DNA of 64,000 bases from positions 700,767-764,766 of the forward strand of contig RHPI01002990.1 of assembly GCA_009103225.1 (NCBI GenBank). The letters are read 5' to 3'. The translations under genes were made by a program, and so were the position numbers. The DNA comes from Chlorokybus atmophyticus (Eukaryota > Plantae > Mesostigma and Chlorokybus algae). Below are positions 1 through 13,308 of the stretch, one piece after another (position 1 is the stretch's first letter; every line of letters starts with the position of its first letter). The notes under the pieces are model-generated. The model saw nothing but the letters and a program-made list of their open reading frames with translations. It was not told the DNA's origin and made no database searches.

Positions 1-3000
1 GAGTACACGGACACCTGCATTCCCACTTGCAAGCGCTCGCACGCATTCCAACATTTTTGTCTTTGTATCACCATCTGCTTACATCGAAACTGTTGCTTTT
101 TACTGGGATAACTTGCAGAACACTGGCAAACCATGGTAGGTGCACACCGTACGACTCACACTAGCTCTTCTTCATGTTCCAACCGCGTGCACACCTCATT
201 CAGCTTATTGCCTTTGTTGGGTTCTCTTGCACATGTCGTAGTGGTGCAGAGTTGATGATTTGATACATTGCAGGAGTTTTGAGGATCGGGGGCCTTTTGA
301 CCTTGCAGGGTCCATGGCTGACAACACATTGGCATTGCCGCTAGATACAACAAAGTTCCGCACGGGATCGCACACGCTTGGTGCAATCGTGACACTGAGC
401 ACAAAAAAGCAGGTAACCCCGTACCCAACGCGCTTCAACCAATGGTCAAGGAGGCTGTCCTTGTAGTTCAGCTTATAGCCTCTTGTGGAAGAGCTTTCTC
501 TTGCTGTGGCACTGTGAAGCTGTTACTGAAGGTTTTGGTTACAGCTCTGCACATCACCTGCAGTTGAAATTCTTTGCATTACCTTTCAACCCAGTCTTGA
601 CCAGTTTCTGGTCTGTTATATTCACCATGATTGCACGTTACAGTCCTCGCTAACCCTCGTCGCCCCGCAGGTCAAGCTTTCATGCATGTTCTCAATAGCT
701 CGCGACAGCGCTGGCGGAAGCATTCCTTTTGCTTTGAGGGTGTCATCCAGCAACAGGCGCAGTCCTAGCAGCTTGTTACAGGGCAGCAGCGTGCAAGGCC
801 AGATCTATGTATTCCTGGATCCATATGATGCCTCAAGTCCAGTCTCATTTTACCTGGACGACCCTGGGCGTACAAGAGCACCTTGGTGAGTTGGCTCCGT
901 AATGCTGTGGTGAGCATGCATCTCTTGATGTTAATTTGATTGAAGCGTACTTCAAATTGCCACTGGTTGGTTGCAAGAGTTCTGGTGTGTGGACGTTTGT
1001 TATTGCTGATAGCAGTCCATCACGCAGGTCTTTAGAAAAGCGAGCTCCATTTGATTTTGCTGGGACGGACAAGTTAACCGAGTGGGCACTCCCATTTGAT
1101 ACAAGCAAGATCAGAAGCGGCCAGCACACAATCACTGCAGCCATTGCGCAGGCGAGCGGCCTGGTTGTGGTCTCTGCAACTTTTACTGTTGACCCGCCGC
1201 TCAACTGTCCGCCAGAGTTGGCACCAGATCCAAGGTGCAAGCCAGTCATTGCGCCCTTGCCATTTACGTTTACTTGGGGGGGAGATCGCGGTGGTAAAGT
1301 CTTTGACAGAAACGGACTGGGCACCGGGTTCACATATGTGGAGAGGGTGAGTTTCTGTCTTGGCATGCAAAGATGCCCCAATTGCATGATATGTAGTGCT
1401 GACAGCTTGGTCGTATTGTTGCAGGAAACTAACAACAATGGAGGCTACCTTCCTCGGAATTTACTCATTGACACGGCAGCAAGAACGCTCACAATTACAG
1501 CAACGCCAGGAGAGTCCTTTGAGAACAAAAACAATCAAGACAACAAGCTGGGGATTGGCATTGCACCACCCAGTGACATTATCTTGGTAAGATGCACTGT
1601 ATGGACAATGTGAACATGTTTTGTGTTGGTGTTGGTTTTGCGGTTTGTGACAGTGTGGTATACCAAAGTGGCATGCGTATATTGGCGCTACCTGTGCCGA
1701 CATGCCTTGAGATGCATGCCTGTGTTTGCTTTCTAGTGTACTGTAACAGACTCGCGACATTTGCCCTAAGCTACAAGGCTGCATTCACGCTCCGCGCAGC
1801 AAAAGCAATGCAAGACAATTCTTGGGGTGCATATCTTGATGACCAATGCGTGTGTGCAGGTGTCAACAACTGTTGTGAACCCACCGATTGGTTACAAGCA
1901 GTTTGAACAGGCGGGTGTTTGGTTTGGGTCAGATCAGGATAACTATGCAAAATTGACTGTCCAGGTATGCTTGGCTTGAGTATGCATTTATTGTGTATTG
2001 ATGTTGTGTACCTGGGATGTAGACGTCTGACCTCTCCCCTCTTGCTGCAGAGCACTGGCCCATGGGGTATGCTTGTGGAGCTGTTTATGGAAGAACAGGG
2101 TATCCGCACCAACTTCATTACGCTACCTACGGGTGATTTAACAGGCAAGTCTATTACGTTGGAGTTGCAGGCCAATCCTGCGTCGAAGCAAGTGCAAGGA
2201 AGGTGTGTCAACATGCTTTGTTGCTGCTACTGTTCCTTGACACTTGCAAACACGCTCACTGCATGCCCATCCACTATGTACAGCATGCGTTAACATTACC
2301 TGCGCTGTTCAGCTTTTGGGTGACCGGCAAGCCTGTTCAGTTTGTTGGTTCCTTGGATGCACCGCCTATTATTTTTTCGTTTGATGCTGCCACAATTGAC
2401 CCGCTAGCACGGACTAGAACATTTGCTGGCATCTTCGCAAGTACGGCATATGGGCAGCCAAATCTGCAGTTCACCTTCGCCAACATCAACATGAGAAGGG
2501 TGCCCATTCCAAACCGGCCACCTGTCACGGTACTGTTGCTGTGTATGCACGCAGCTGCATGCGACAGTTCAGTCAGTTTGTCTTTGTCTGTGCAAGCAGT
2601 TGCAATATGAGTGTCAGTAACTCTGCGTACGCCATGATGCACTTTAGCATTGTATACCAAAGTGCCCTTGTTTGCAGCTTCCTCCTGGCGTGAAGTTCAA
2701 TCGCGTCAACAACTCGCTTTCATGGTCGCCGACAGGCCTGGCATGGGCACCCGATAACAAGCTCTACGCAACCGACTACACCGGCTCTGTCCACAGGCTG
2801 ACATTAAATGCGCAGTCTCAGATTGTACGGGATGAACGTTTTGACATCCTGCGCGGGCGTCTCGCCACTGGCATTGCTGGTGGGTAGTTCAGTCATGCTC
2901 TGGTAGTGAAGTTTGTGTTGGGTCGTGAAGTGGTTGTCCAACGTCTGATGCGCTTGCAGTTGAGCCATCTTCAACACCAACCAATGTAAAGCTGTGGGTG

Positions 3001-4419
3001 ATGAGCTCTCTTGGCACTGGAGGTCCAAGGAACCCTGGCATATCCAGCTCTGGAAAGGTTACTCGGCTCACCGGGCCAAACTTCAACGAGGTGGTGGACT
3101 ACATAACTGGCCTTCCTCGTTCGGTTGCAGATCATGGTATGTCATCGGCAGGTTACTTGCTGCAGGATGCGCAATTTGCAATGTGGCATTCAGATCAGTA
3201 TACTGACAGCGTTTATCTAATCAGGTCCAAACTCCATGCACTTCGCCAGGGGCAAGCTTTACTTTTCGATAGGCAGTAACACTGGCTCTGGTGGCTGCAA
3301 CGACTTTGATGGTGACTTTGGTCAACGGCCCGAGCAGCTGTTGTCCGCCGGCCTCTTTGAGGCGGACGTTTTGAATCCAAGCTGGAGACGGTATTCTCAC
3401 GGCAACTGCGAGTCATGGGTCAGTGACAAGGACTGCACGGCTGCCACAACCTTTCCTGCAACTTGCAAGGTCAGACACTCACCATCATCAAGGTCATAAG
3501 ATTTTCGGACATCGACGTGATACATGTTGGTTTGTTCCTGTCCCATGGCGCTTACATTGTGTAACCATGTGTAGGTTCAACCATATGTGACTGGCATGCG
3601 CAATGTGTACGATTTCCTTTTCCATTCAAACGGTCATGTGTACGCTGGTGACAATGGTGTGGGGCTGCCTTCCACCGTCCCAGCAAGGGCAACTCCTGGT
3701 TGTCAGGTATTAGTCTTAATTCAGGAAGTACCCTGCTCGTATTCACCGTCAAACAATGCTGATCCAACATAATTGTGCACAGGGATTGCGCGATTACCAG
3801 TTGCCAACTGACCCACTGGACCCTGGCGAACAGCCTGATCTTTTCTATGATCTGAAGCCTGGGTACTATTATGGGCATGCCAACCCTGCACGAGGGCAGT
3901 GTGTATGGCATGATGGATCATTTCAGGGCGTGAAACCGCTTTCTAACTACCGGGCGCCGATGTTGGTGCTTGGCGATCACATCTCGCCCGATGGCATCAC
4001 AGAGTACACCTACGACGGTTTCTGCGGGTAAGACACATTTCTGCTTGCAAGCTAATAGCTATTACCTTTAGGCTCAATACCTGCACTAGTCCTGTATGTG
4101 TTCATGTGTGGCGCTTGTATGTACTGGTCAATGCTGCCAAACACATTATTTCATTACTGAACAGTGCTGCATGCGCAGGCGTTTGAAAGGGCACGTCTTA
4201 ATAACTGGGTTCAGCATTGGCGACAACATTCTGCGCTTGCAGATCGACTCCACCGGCACCAAGGTGCTGAGCGTCACGGTGCTCGCAGAAGACTTTTTAG
4301 ACCCACTTCCAATCATTGAGAAGAATGGCAAGATATATGTTGGCGCTTTCAATCAGGGCAAAGCCAATGCCGGCCAGATCAACGTGCTGATTCCCGATGA
4401 GCGTGGCCTGCGGTGTTAG
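1..4419 (+). CDS. Multi-exon, 5'-partial gene: repeated bacterial Ig-like modules plus a ConA/LamG-like segment plus a glucose/sorbosone dehydrogenase (PQQ-type, GSDH) beta-propeller
   Basis: Repeated exon-encoded modules (VAFYWDNLQNTGKPW / VSFYLDDPGRTRAPW; DRGPFDLAGS..ALPLDTTKFRTGSHTL / KRAPFDFAGT..ALPFDTSKIRSGQHTI). Propeller motifs WSPTGLAWAPDNKLYATDYTG, VTGMRNVYDFLFHSNGHVYAGDNG and QPDLFYDLKPGYYYGHANPARG. GT-AG junctions are present and the stop is TAG at 4417-4419. The start lies left of the window. Confidence 0.7.
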
Positions 4420-5602
4420 TGTACAGTTTGGCCAGAGCGTCGTCGTGTGGGATCTTCAAGTTTGGCTCTTGAAGACACGGCCATAGAGACTGACACGTTG
4501 TTTCTGATGACATGGGCTGCGGTATAGTTGCTAGAGAAGGGTAGCACTTCATGTAGGTAGCTAGAAGTTCATTTAGACAGCGCTTTGGCGCACGCTGTAT
4601 GCTGTATGCTATGGATACTGTGTTGCCAGTAACCGCCCGGCGGGTTACTTGTAAAGGCAGGCTTGAGGGTAAGTTGACGTTTTGTTGTAGGCACGGCACT
4701 TGAACCTTTCAGTCCCATAATTGATGAGGGGGGTTCCCACCGGCCACGTCTGGTGGCCATTTTTGTACATTCTACCCCACATGCAATGGTGTGTTTGAAA
4801 TGCATGTGAAGGCACGTATGGTATTGATTCTAGCAAACACATGAGATTGTGTGGTCGTTTCCATCTGTAAGGTATGCACTGTTGTGGTTGTGCCATCAGG
4901 CGGCACTATGAAGTCCGATAACCGTTGGCTGTGCATACTGAAAAGCCATGTAACGCTTGTGTGCAGGTGAGCCCGAGGCACTACCTACTGCTTGCTGCTG
5001 CCACTGGATGAGGTGAGGGCTTTACTGCCATGCTAGACTGCCTGCTGTGCTGCTTGCCTACTGCTGACTCGTACTTGTGCTAGCCGTGACAGCAGGTTGT
5101 GTGAGATGATGTAAATTGGTTGTTGTACGCTTTGCTTGCTCACGTCACTGCCTGCGTTTGCTTTGCTCTACTTGCCTGCTACTTGGTATAGGCTTAGCAA
5201 GTTCGTTGCCTACGGACTTAATGATACATGCGCGTGTTGCACGCACTGCTACCAGTCAACATGTCAACTACTGCCGGACGTTGTGAGTGCCTTGGTGTTG
5301 TGTGGTGTTGGTAGGTATGGTCGCGGACTGATTGCCACGTGCTTTCTTTGAAATATCAGTGTTTGAGGACATGTCAAGCTTCTGAAAGGTGCAATCGTTC
5401 AGAAGCTTGACAACGCACTTGAACAGAGTGCTGCTCAGCACAGCATATCTATTGGAGCCCGGCCCATATACAAAATACGTCACACACACGGTGAGGAACT
5501 GTGCTGTTTTCCTGCACACGCCGTGTGTACCTAGTTGGGGGGCGTGAGGGTGAAGCTGCAACATATGTGAGGCATGTGGCCCCCTTTACTGCAGCAACTT
5601 TT

Positions 5603-5682
5603 GCTGCCGTAGCGTATTGGTTAAGGCGCCGATGTTACAGTGGTAATGGAGCTGAGCGGCACAGGTTCGAATCCCATGGGAG
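5603..5682 (+). ncRNA. Degenerate tRNA-like sequence (tRNA pseudogene or SINE head)
   Basis: A-box/D-arm-like TAGCGTATTGGTTAAGGCG at 5610 and B-box GGTTCGAATCC at 5664-5674 with tRNA-like spacing. The acceptor and anticodon stems do not pair. Confidence 0.5.
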
Positions 5683-5738
5683 ATAGAATTGTTACTTACT
5701 AAGTCTTAGAACTCCATACCGTTGCGAGCATGCAAAAC

Positions 5739-7280
5739 TCAAGTCCACCCGTTAACAGAAAATCCACCGTCCACTGCCAAAACCTGGCCAGTGATGAAGC
5801 CAGCAGCTGGCAGGCAGAAGTAAGCAACAGCCGAAGCAACTTCGGGAGGCTGACCGACTCGTCGCATTGGCGTGCGTGCAAGAATCTCACCCAGACGCAC
5901 AGGGTCCTCCAGCACAGGCCTCGCGAGCGGAGTATCGATGTACCACGGCGCAACAGCGTTCACGCGAATGTTGTCTTGCGCCCATTCACATGCAAGACCC
6001 CTTGTCAACTGATTCAATGCTCCTGTAAAGACAGCATGAGCCTCAGTACAAAGCTGTAAGCTAAAAAGTCAAGACTGGTATGTGCAACTACACTTGACCC
6101 TAGGATCACCATTGCTCAACAGTGCACGTATGGAACCTTGCGTGTCAGTGTGCTGGTTGATCGTGTATAAGAAAGCCACCCTGCAGTAGAGATGACCGAT
6201 TGGCTCACCTTTGGACATGCCGTAAATGGTGCCGGACTTGATGGCAACCAGCCCAGCCACGGAGTTATTCATCACGACATTGCCTTGACCCGATGCTTTC
6301 AGTAAGGGGTGCGCAAGCTGACACAGGTGGTACACCGCATCCAAGTTGAGGGAGAGTATTGCCCTGTAGTCTTCCTGTGTATACTCCACAGTTGGCTTGC
6401 GGACATTCGTGCCGGCATTATTCACCTGCACAGCCGTTGTTAATGCATCTTGTGGCTAAACGTGTTGCAACCACCATAACAATCACATGTGCTCATTGCC
6501 CGTTGCATCCGTTGTAAAATTGCACAATGGCCACCTCACCAGGATATTCAGCTTGCCACCAAAAACGTTGCTAACTGCTTTCATCAGCTTCTCCCTTGCG
6601 CCTTGGGAGCTGATGTCTGCCGCGCATCCTTCTACCTTTCAGTCAATCCAATGTTAACTCGCCAGGCTCAGCCGTGCAAACTCTCTCAGCATGACGTGAT
6701 TGCGAACTGGACACAACTGGAAAGCCAATGCAACGACTGACGGAGTTGCGCATGGAGACTATATCGTCTTGATGCGCGAGACACATTAGTAAATCAACTG
6801 CAAAAGAGACTGCAGCAGCTGCATGGTGGCGACCTCACCACATGCATTATTCTACTACTAGACACACATGCAAACAACCGTGCCAGTCACAAACAACCAC
6901 AATGCAAGCAGCTTGAAACAGCCATGCCTTACCTGGAGCCCCTGGCCTCTCCAAGCATCCAACTTGGCCTGGAGTTCATCCTGGTTCCTTGCGCAAGTGA
7001 ACACCCGTGCGCCAAGTCGACCCAACTCTTCCACGATTGCAGCTCTGCATCACGACAGCGGCGGGGGATGAGCACCGGTCTGCCAATGCAAACAATCAGC
7101 TGACGGAAAAAGCACTACGCTGAGTATACCACACACATGCACGCAACCATAAGTCTGGTCTCATACTGTCGTGATAGACTGCTAGCAGAAATACTGAGAC
7201 TCTGTGTGTACTGACCCCAAGCCCTTGGTGCCCCCGGTTACCAGCGCCGTCTGGCCATCAAGCCTCCAGCGCTCCGCCAT
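5739..7280 (-). CDS. Tropinone reductase-like short-chain dehydrogenase/reductase (multi-exon)
   Basis: ATG at 7280 gives [22 protein letters not shown]. Later exons give [29 protein letters not shown] (YxxxK) and [30 protein letters not shown]...[16 protein letters not shown]. Stop TGA at 5739-5741. Confidence 0.92.
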
Positions 7281-7575
7281 GCCTCTCGCACCGGCTCCTC
7301 CCCTTGGTCGACCACGTCCACGACACCGCCGCCGCCACCGAAGCCGCTGCAGACATGTGCGCCAGCAAAGTTACAAACTTCTGGATGCCCGGGTGCAAAG
7401 TTGCCAAGATACGCGCAGCGCGCATGCCTGTGTGTGTGCTAAGCTTCACGGCGTTTGTGCATTGCAGCGGACGCTCAGCTTTGACTGACGCTGTGTGCTT
7501 GTGGCAGTGAAGAGAACTAGAGAAGTAGACAAGGTTGTTAGCTAATAGTGTCGTTGCTGTTGGTCATTGGGCGCC

Positions 7576-9164
7576 ATGACGTCGCTGGCGCCCATGGTGC
7601 CGCAAGCCAGGCCGGACGAGCTGCTGGTGCTGCACACTGCGGCAGCCAGAGGCGAGGTTAGCACGCTTAAGGTGAGTGCTGAAATTTGAATGTAATAATG
7701 ACTACCCATTGCGATTGCATGATGCTGTCATGCTTGATGAACTGCAAGCTAGAGGCTTTGTGAAAAGTATTTGTAGCTCAGTCAATTGGATTGGTCTGGA
7801 CCCTGGCCCATGCAATGCGCTTCGCTTCCTGCGTGATGGTTGGGAGGACTGGCCAAAATTCCAGTAGCATACACCCTGAGGCTAAGCAATTGAGAATCTT
7901 ATGAGCAACAGACAATCACAGCACTTACACTATATGCAGACAGTTCGTCAATAGCAAGTCACTGCTGTTGCTCATCTCTCTGTGTTGATCGTCACGCAGT
8001 CAGCAGTCCGCAAGCGTAGGCATGCTGATCCCCAGTGCATGTGCACCAGTGCTTTGGTTCTGCTCTCATTTGGCCACCTTCTGTATGTGTGCACTGGCGA
8101 TCAGAGCAATCCCGCTGTTGCGGTTTCAGCTGCATCAAGCAAATGTATGACAGCTTGAGAAGCTGCTTCAGCTTGTGTGCTTGGTTCGTGATAGGCTGGC
8201 CTAGAAGCGGGTTTGGATCCGCTGCAAAAGGATGGGACGACCGGCGGCTTGCCTCTGCATTGGGCGGCGCAGAACGGGCAAATAGAAGCTGCCGAGTACC
8301 TGCTGAAGCACAATGACATCAACGCACGCAACAAGGATGGTATGCCATACCTCTCAATGATCCTTTTGCACCAACTTGTTCGCTCGCTTTGCTACATGCA
8401 TTAGTGGCGCAAACGATTGATGCTGTTTTTCAATGCAGGCAACACTCCTTTGCACTACGCAGCAGTGTCTGCGCAGTTAGAAATGGTAGAATGGTTGCTG
8501 AAGAAGGGTGCGAACCCGAACGCAATGAACATCAGCGGGCAGACACCCATGCACGGTGCTGCAAGACAAGGGTACGCCAGTGTGCATATTGCATACATGC
8601 AAAGCCGCGGGTCACAGTTAAGCCAAGGATCATGTGTTGAGCACCCAACAGGTACATCGGGACAATGAAAGCTCTGAAGCAGGCGGGAGCGGATGTGAAC
8701 GCGCGCGATGAGTGTCACTCTACAGCACTACATGCTGCAGCACAGCGATGGTGGTCATCGGCAGCTTTTGATCTGCTCCTAGAAATGGGTGAGTACCTTT
8801 CCATGCTTACTGTGCCGCTTGCCCGCTTACTGTTGTCAAGGTACCCCTGGGTTACATGCACATTGCATGCAAGTACCCCGTATCCCGTTATATGTGTGTT
8901 TGTACGGTGTGCACCTTCCCCCCTGAAAAAAGAATGAACGCATGAGAATGCTCGCTCAACACGGATGTTGTGCGCTAAGGTGCCAATCGAAGACTGGCGG
9001 ACCTCGGCAGCAACTTTCCTGTTCATCCTGCTGAGCAGAGGAGGCAGTTTTTCCTGACAAGTTGCACGATTCTGATCGCTTTGGCGGCCTTCTTGTACTC
9101 CATTCTCAGGAGAAAAGTCCAGCCTGCAGCACCAGAGGAGGAACCCCTGATGCAGACTGGATAG
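7576..9164 (+). CDS. Ankyrin-repeat protein with a C-terminal transmembrane (tail) anchor (multi-exon)
   Basis: Ankyrin motifs LHTAAARG, GLPLHWAAQNGQIEAAEYLL, GNTPLHYAAVSAQLEMVEWLLKKGANPNA, GQTPMHGAARQG and STALHAAAQR. The last exon encodes FFLTSCTILIALAAFLYSILRRK before TAG at 9162-9164. Confidence 0.85.
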
Positions 9165-9731
9165 TACACTCTGCCCAATGGGTACAAGCACTGGCTTTGC
9201 CAAGGCAAGAACTTCCACCTATGGTATCTTCTGTACAGACTGTATAGTACACAGATGGTACAGACTCTATACAGATCGTGTACAGACTGTGCATGACGGC
9301 TGCTTTGCTGTCACACTGCAGTAGGCTGACAAGCCATCACTGCAATCGAGCTCTGCTGCTCTGCTGGCTCCAGCCTGCGCTGCAGTGTCAGACTGGTGCC
9401 ATACTGACTTGTTGACAGGTGCAAACATGCAGTCAAGTTTAGCTAAGGTACAAACATGCATGAGATACGGCCAAGGGACGTGGCTGGGTGTGTCTGTCAA
9501 CAGGTGGCGGGCACACAAACCTTGACTTCAGCAAGCGGAGCCGAGTGGGTGACGGACAACGTTGCTAGGTAAGGCCCACAAGGCTGTCTTGATTTGGCTG
9601 GCGCACTTGTTGTTGGCAAGGTAAGCAGGTGAGCAGAGCATGCCGCTGTGTGCATGGAGCCATGCAGTCTCAGTTGGAAGATGCGTGGCTAGTGTTGGCC
9701 CTGCTACAGATGGTGTCGGGCGCGATACAGG

Positions 9732-11892
9732 ATGGTTGCAACACAGCATCAGACTAGCAAGCTGGAGTTATTTGAGTTCACCTCGGAGTCAGTGACAGAA
9801 GGGAGTCCCAATGCACTCTGTGACGCCATCGCTGACGCCATTGTGGACGAGTGCTTGGCGCAGGTGCACTGCATGGTTACAAGAACGCATTTGTGCATGC
9901 AGCGTAGAGGTGCTCTATAGTTGGGTAACATCTGTTCTTACTTGTGTTTTGCTCTTCTGTTGTGCAGGATCATGAGTCGCATGTCAGAGTGGATGTCGCT
10001 TGCAAGGCCAACCTTGTGGCAGTCATGGGACGCATAGGCTCTCGTGCGAATTTAAATGTTTAAAGCATTGTGCGCTGTGTCCTGAGGCAAGCTAGCAAGC
10101 ACATAGTTGCAAATGGTAAGTTTACTAAGTGTTCAAGTGAACAACTCTACAGCTTACACTGTGTCTGCAGCTGGGCTGGCTTTGATGGTCAGGTATCTGA
10201 AGTTGACCCCACAGCATGCAACGTGGTCGTCAACATCCAGCGCCTACCAGCACCGGCAATGGATGATGGCGACTATGAGCTGATTACGCCAACAGAACAG
10301 ACTCATGCTTTTGGGTACGCTATTTCCAGAAGCCATCAGCATAAGCAGCGCGCTGTTTGCTCCAAGAACGCATAGAGCATTAGCTCATTGGAAACGATGT
10401 GTTTACCTTGGTTCATGCATGGTGGCGTGGGGCAGCTATGCTAGCAACGGATGAAACGCCGAAGTTGATGCCAATATCGCATGTGTTGGCAACGCGCCTT
10501 GCGCACGCCCTCAGCCAGCAGCGCAGAATGCATCTAGATGGATGGATGCTGCCGGACGCCAAAACACAGGTTTGTCCCCTGTATGCACAAGTCCTGTGTT
10601 GTATCAATCAAACATACAGAACTATGTGGCGATGCTCAATGATTCTGCGCAGATGACTGTGGAGTATGTTCATGCGGGAGGTGAGATCTACCCTCAGCGG
10701 GTGAAGACGATCGTCATATCTCAGCACCATCGCAACAGCACGTCGCACAAACGCATGGTTGAAGAACTGCGAGCGGGTGCCATAGCACCGGTGCATGTGC
10801 ATGATTTGCCAACAAGATGAAAACAGCTGAACTCAGTGACACGATTAAACAGGCCATTCCCGGTGCGCTGCTTGATGAACTCACTATTAACTGGTCAATC
10901 CAGCTGGCAAGTTTGCTGTGGGCTGACCTGCAGGTGTGCAGGTGTTAACGCTTGGTCAAGTGTTAGAGAAGTGTGTAAGGTGGTGTCATTGTCTGTTGCA
11001 ATTGGTCATCTTCATAACGTTTATGTCCTGCAAACAGCTGACTCTGCGGCTTCCGGTCATAAGACCACAGTCGACACTTATGGCGGCTGGGGAAACTCGC
11101 CTACAGCAGCCTTCAGGTGCATTGTGTGAGCATGGAATGTGTGTTCATTGGCTTTGCAATGTTTAGCAGTCTGTGCATGCACAGGGCTGGAAGTCAGTTG
11201 CTCGCAGTTTTTCTGCATAAGATGATGACAATCGTGCTGCTGTGTGCAGTGGCAAAGACCCAAGCAGTATGCACCGTTGCGCGTGATATGTCGCATGTCA
11301 AGCTGCCAAAAGCGTTCAAGCTGCCAAATGCGTTGTAGCTGCTGGGTTGGCAAAACGCTGTGTGCTTCACTGTCGTATCCACACAACCTTCACAGGCACC
11401 TTCCTGCATGGCTGCAAGCAAGCCTGTGTGTGCTTGCAGTTACACTTTAGTGTTGGTTGTACTGCCTGCATAGTATGGTCATTGCCACGCGAGAAGTTTG
11501 TTTTGGCTCTGTTGGTCTGCCTTAACCAGACAACGCAGTTACGCAGTGGGCAAAGCGGAGCCGCTCGCCTTGTTTGTCGACACGCTCAAATTCTGGAATT
11601 CTGGAACATGCTCAAATTCTGGAATTCTGAACAGACTGCAACATGCCTTTGACTTTTGCCCGGGGAGAGTGCTGAAGGTAGCAGCACTGATGGAACACTT
11701 CGCAGCTGTATCATGAGCATCGTAGTCTCGCCATCAACCTGGCCACTTTGCTCGCTTCATCATTAGTCTACGTCAGCTCAGGACTTGAAGCTGAAAGAAA
11801 GCAGGCCGCAGCGCTACCAGCGCACAGCTGTGTTCGAACACTTCGGCCGTGATGACCCGGACTTTCCGTGGGAGATGGTTAAGCCGCTTTGA
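9732..11892 (+). pseudogene. Degenerate, intron-containing S-adenosylmethionine synthetase (MAT) paralogue with an in-frame stop
   Basis: Colinear with MAT throughout: [89 protein letters not shown] (TGA at 11284-11286), SYAVGKAEPLALFVDT and [17 protein letters not shown] (11892). The GHPDK and GAGDQG motifs are altered. Confidence 0.85.
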
Positions 11893-12301
11893 TTTACGGA
11901 CAGTGCTGGGTTCGCACTGCATCGCTTGTCCTGGTGCAGCAGTGCCATGTGATCTGGAGATTGCTTCAGTTCTTGCAAAGTTATCGCGAAAGCGCATCGT
12001 CACCATATTCGGGCAGAGTGTACAAAAGAACGGCGAGGGACTTGTGCAGTTGCATGGGTGGATGGATGCATGGATGGAAGGCAATGAATTGATGAAGGTT
12101 TCAGTGCGGCGGAATTGCTGCATTTGACGTAGTGCAACGGCTTTGATCGCATTGATTGCAAGCAACGTGTGCAGGACCGCATGGCACATGCTACCTGCGC
12201 ATATGTACCCGCCATTGCATCTTGTGCATAGGGCACCCGTGATAAAGCAAAAACGTCAGCAACCCGGACACATGCAGCATGGTTGCTGCACACGCCTGCT
12301 T

Positions 12302-12383
12302 GATGGCTGTCACGCTGGTTGGCATGTGGTGACAGCCTGCTAGATGGCTGTCACGCTGATTGGCAGGTGATGACAGCCTGCTT
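12302..12383. repeat. Two-copy ~42 bp tandem repeat with an internal GCTGTCAC/GTGACAGC inverted repeat
   Basis: gatggctgtcacgctggttggcatgtggtgacagcctgcta is followed directly by gatggctgtcacgctgattggcaggtgatgacagcctgctt. Confidence 0.75.
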
Positions 12384-12650
12384 TATGGCTGATGGCAGCA
12401 CCAGCAGCAAATGGACGACCAAGGCGGCATTGCTGGTGGAGGGTTTGGGAGCGGCGGCGAGGGGAGTTGTGTCGTCGTGAGAGTCCTGGTCGGCGCTGAC
12501 GCTACCGCTTGTGACGCAGGTACTGCAGTGAGTCGGTGCTGCCATGGGGCTATGCATATGGGGTAGATAAGTTTAGCTCATACATCATATAGCCTGGCGG
12601 TGGTGACTGCGATATGATGGCGGCTGTGGTTGACTGCTGCGATGTATGGG

Positions 12651-13308
12651 CATGTACATTCAATGCGCGTGGTATATGCTCATGCACAGCAACCATCACC
12701 ATCCCACAATCATACCACTCACATTTTACACCACCACGTAGTTCACCACCGGGCTACTCTACCCAATTTACCTACTATTGCTAACACCCCGTTAGCCATG
12801 CAAGCATGCACAGTCACTAGCCAGGCAGTCGATGTGTACGCCAATCCCGATCACACGGGCAGGTGGCACTGCTCCCCGTGTACTTGACCACGTCCGTTGC
12901 TTGGTCTTGTTGAATTTGTCGCAGTAGTGTCGCCTGCTGGTGCTTGCGCCGGCGCTGCTCCTAACCGAGCACTACCTGCATGGCCCACGGGGTGCTGCCT
13001 AACTACGCTATATCCTACACATGCATGGTGCCCCCGGTCAAGCACCAGTACACCACGCCATTCTACCAACAACACCCCAACTCCATCACACTCAAACCAA
13101 GCAACCTATGCTGTAACATAGTGTAATCGGGCGCGCACCTCAACGAGCGTGGGCTAACCCGACATGCCGCTGGCATGGGACGGTCCGTAGACCCACCAGG
13201 GCGTAACATGTACATACAATGCGCGTGGCATATGCTCATGCACAGCAACCATCACCATCCCACAATCATACCAGTCACATTTCACACTACCACGTAGTTC
13301 ACCACCGT
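12651..13308 (+). repeat. Dispersed ~100 bp direct repeat pair (about 12651-12751 and 13208-13308)
   Basis: catgtacat(t/a)caatgcgcgtgg(t/c)atatgctcatgcacagcaaccatcaccatcccacaatcatacca...accacgtagttcaccaccg occurs twice, about 556 bp apart, with few mismatches. Confidence 0.85.

Noticed and set aside
4569-4981. Short minus-strand ORFs downstream of the GSDH gene
   Set aside because: No coherent spliced model or motif; probably UTR or intergenic.
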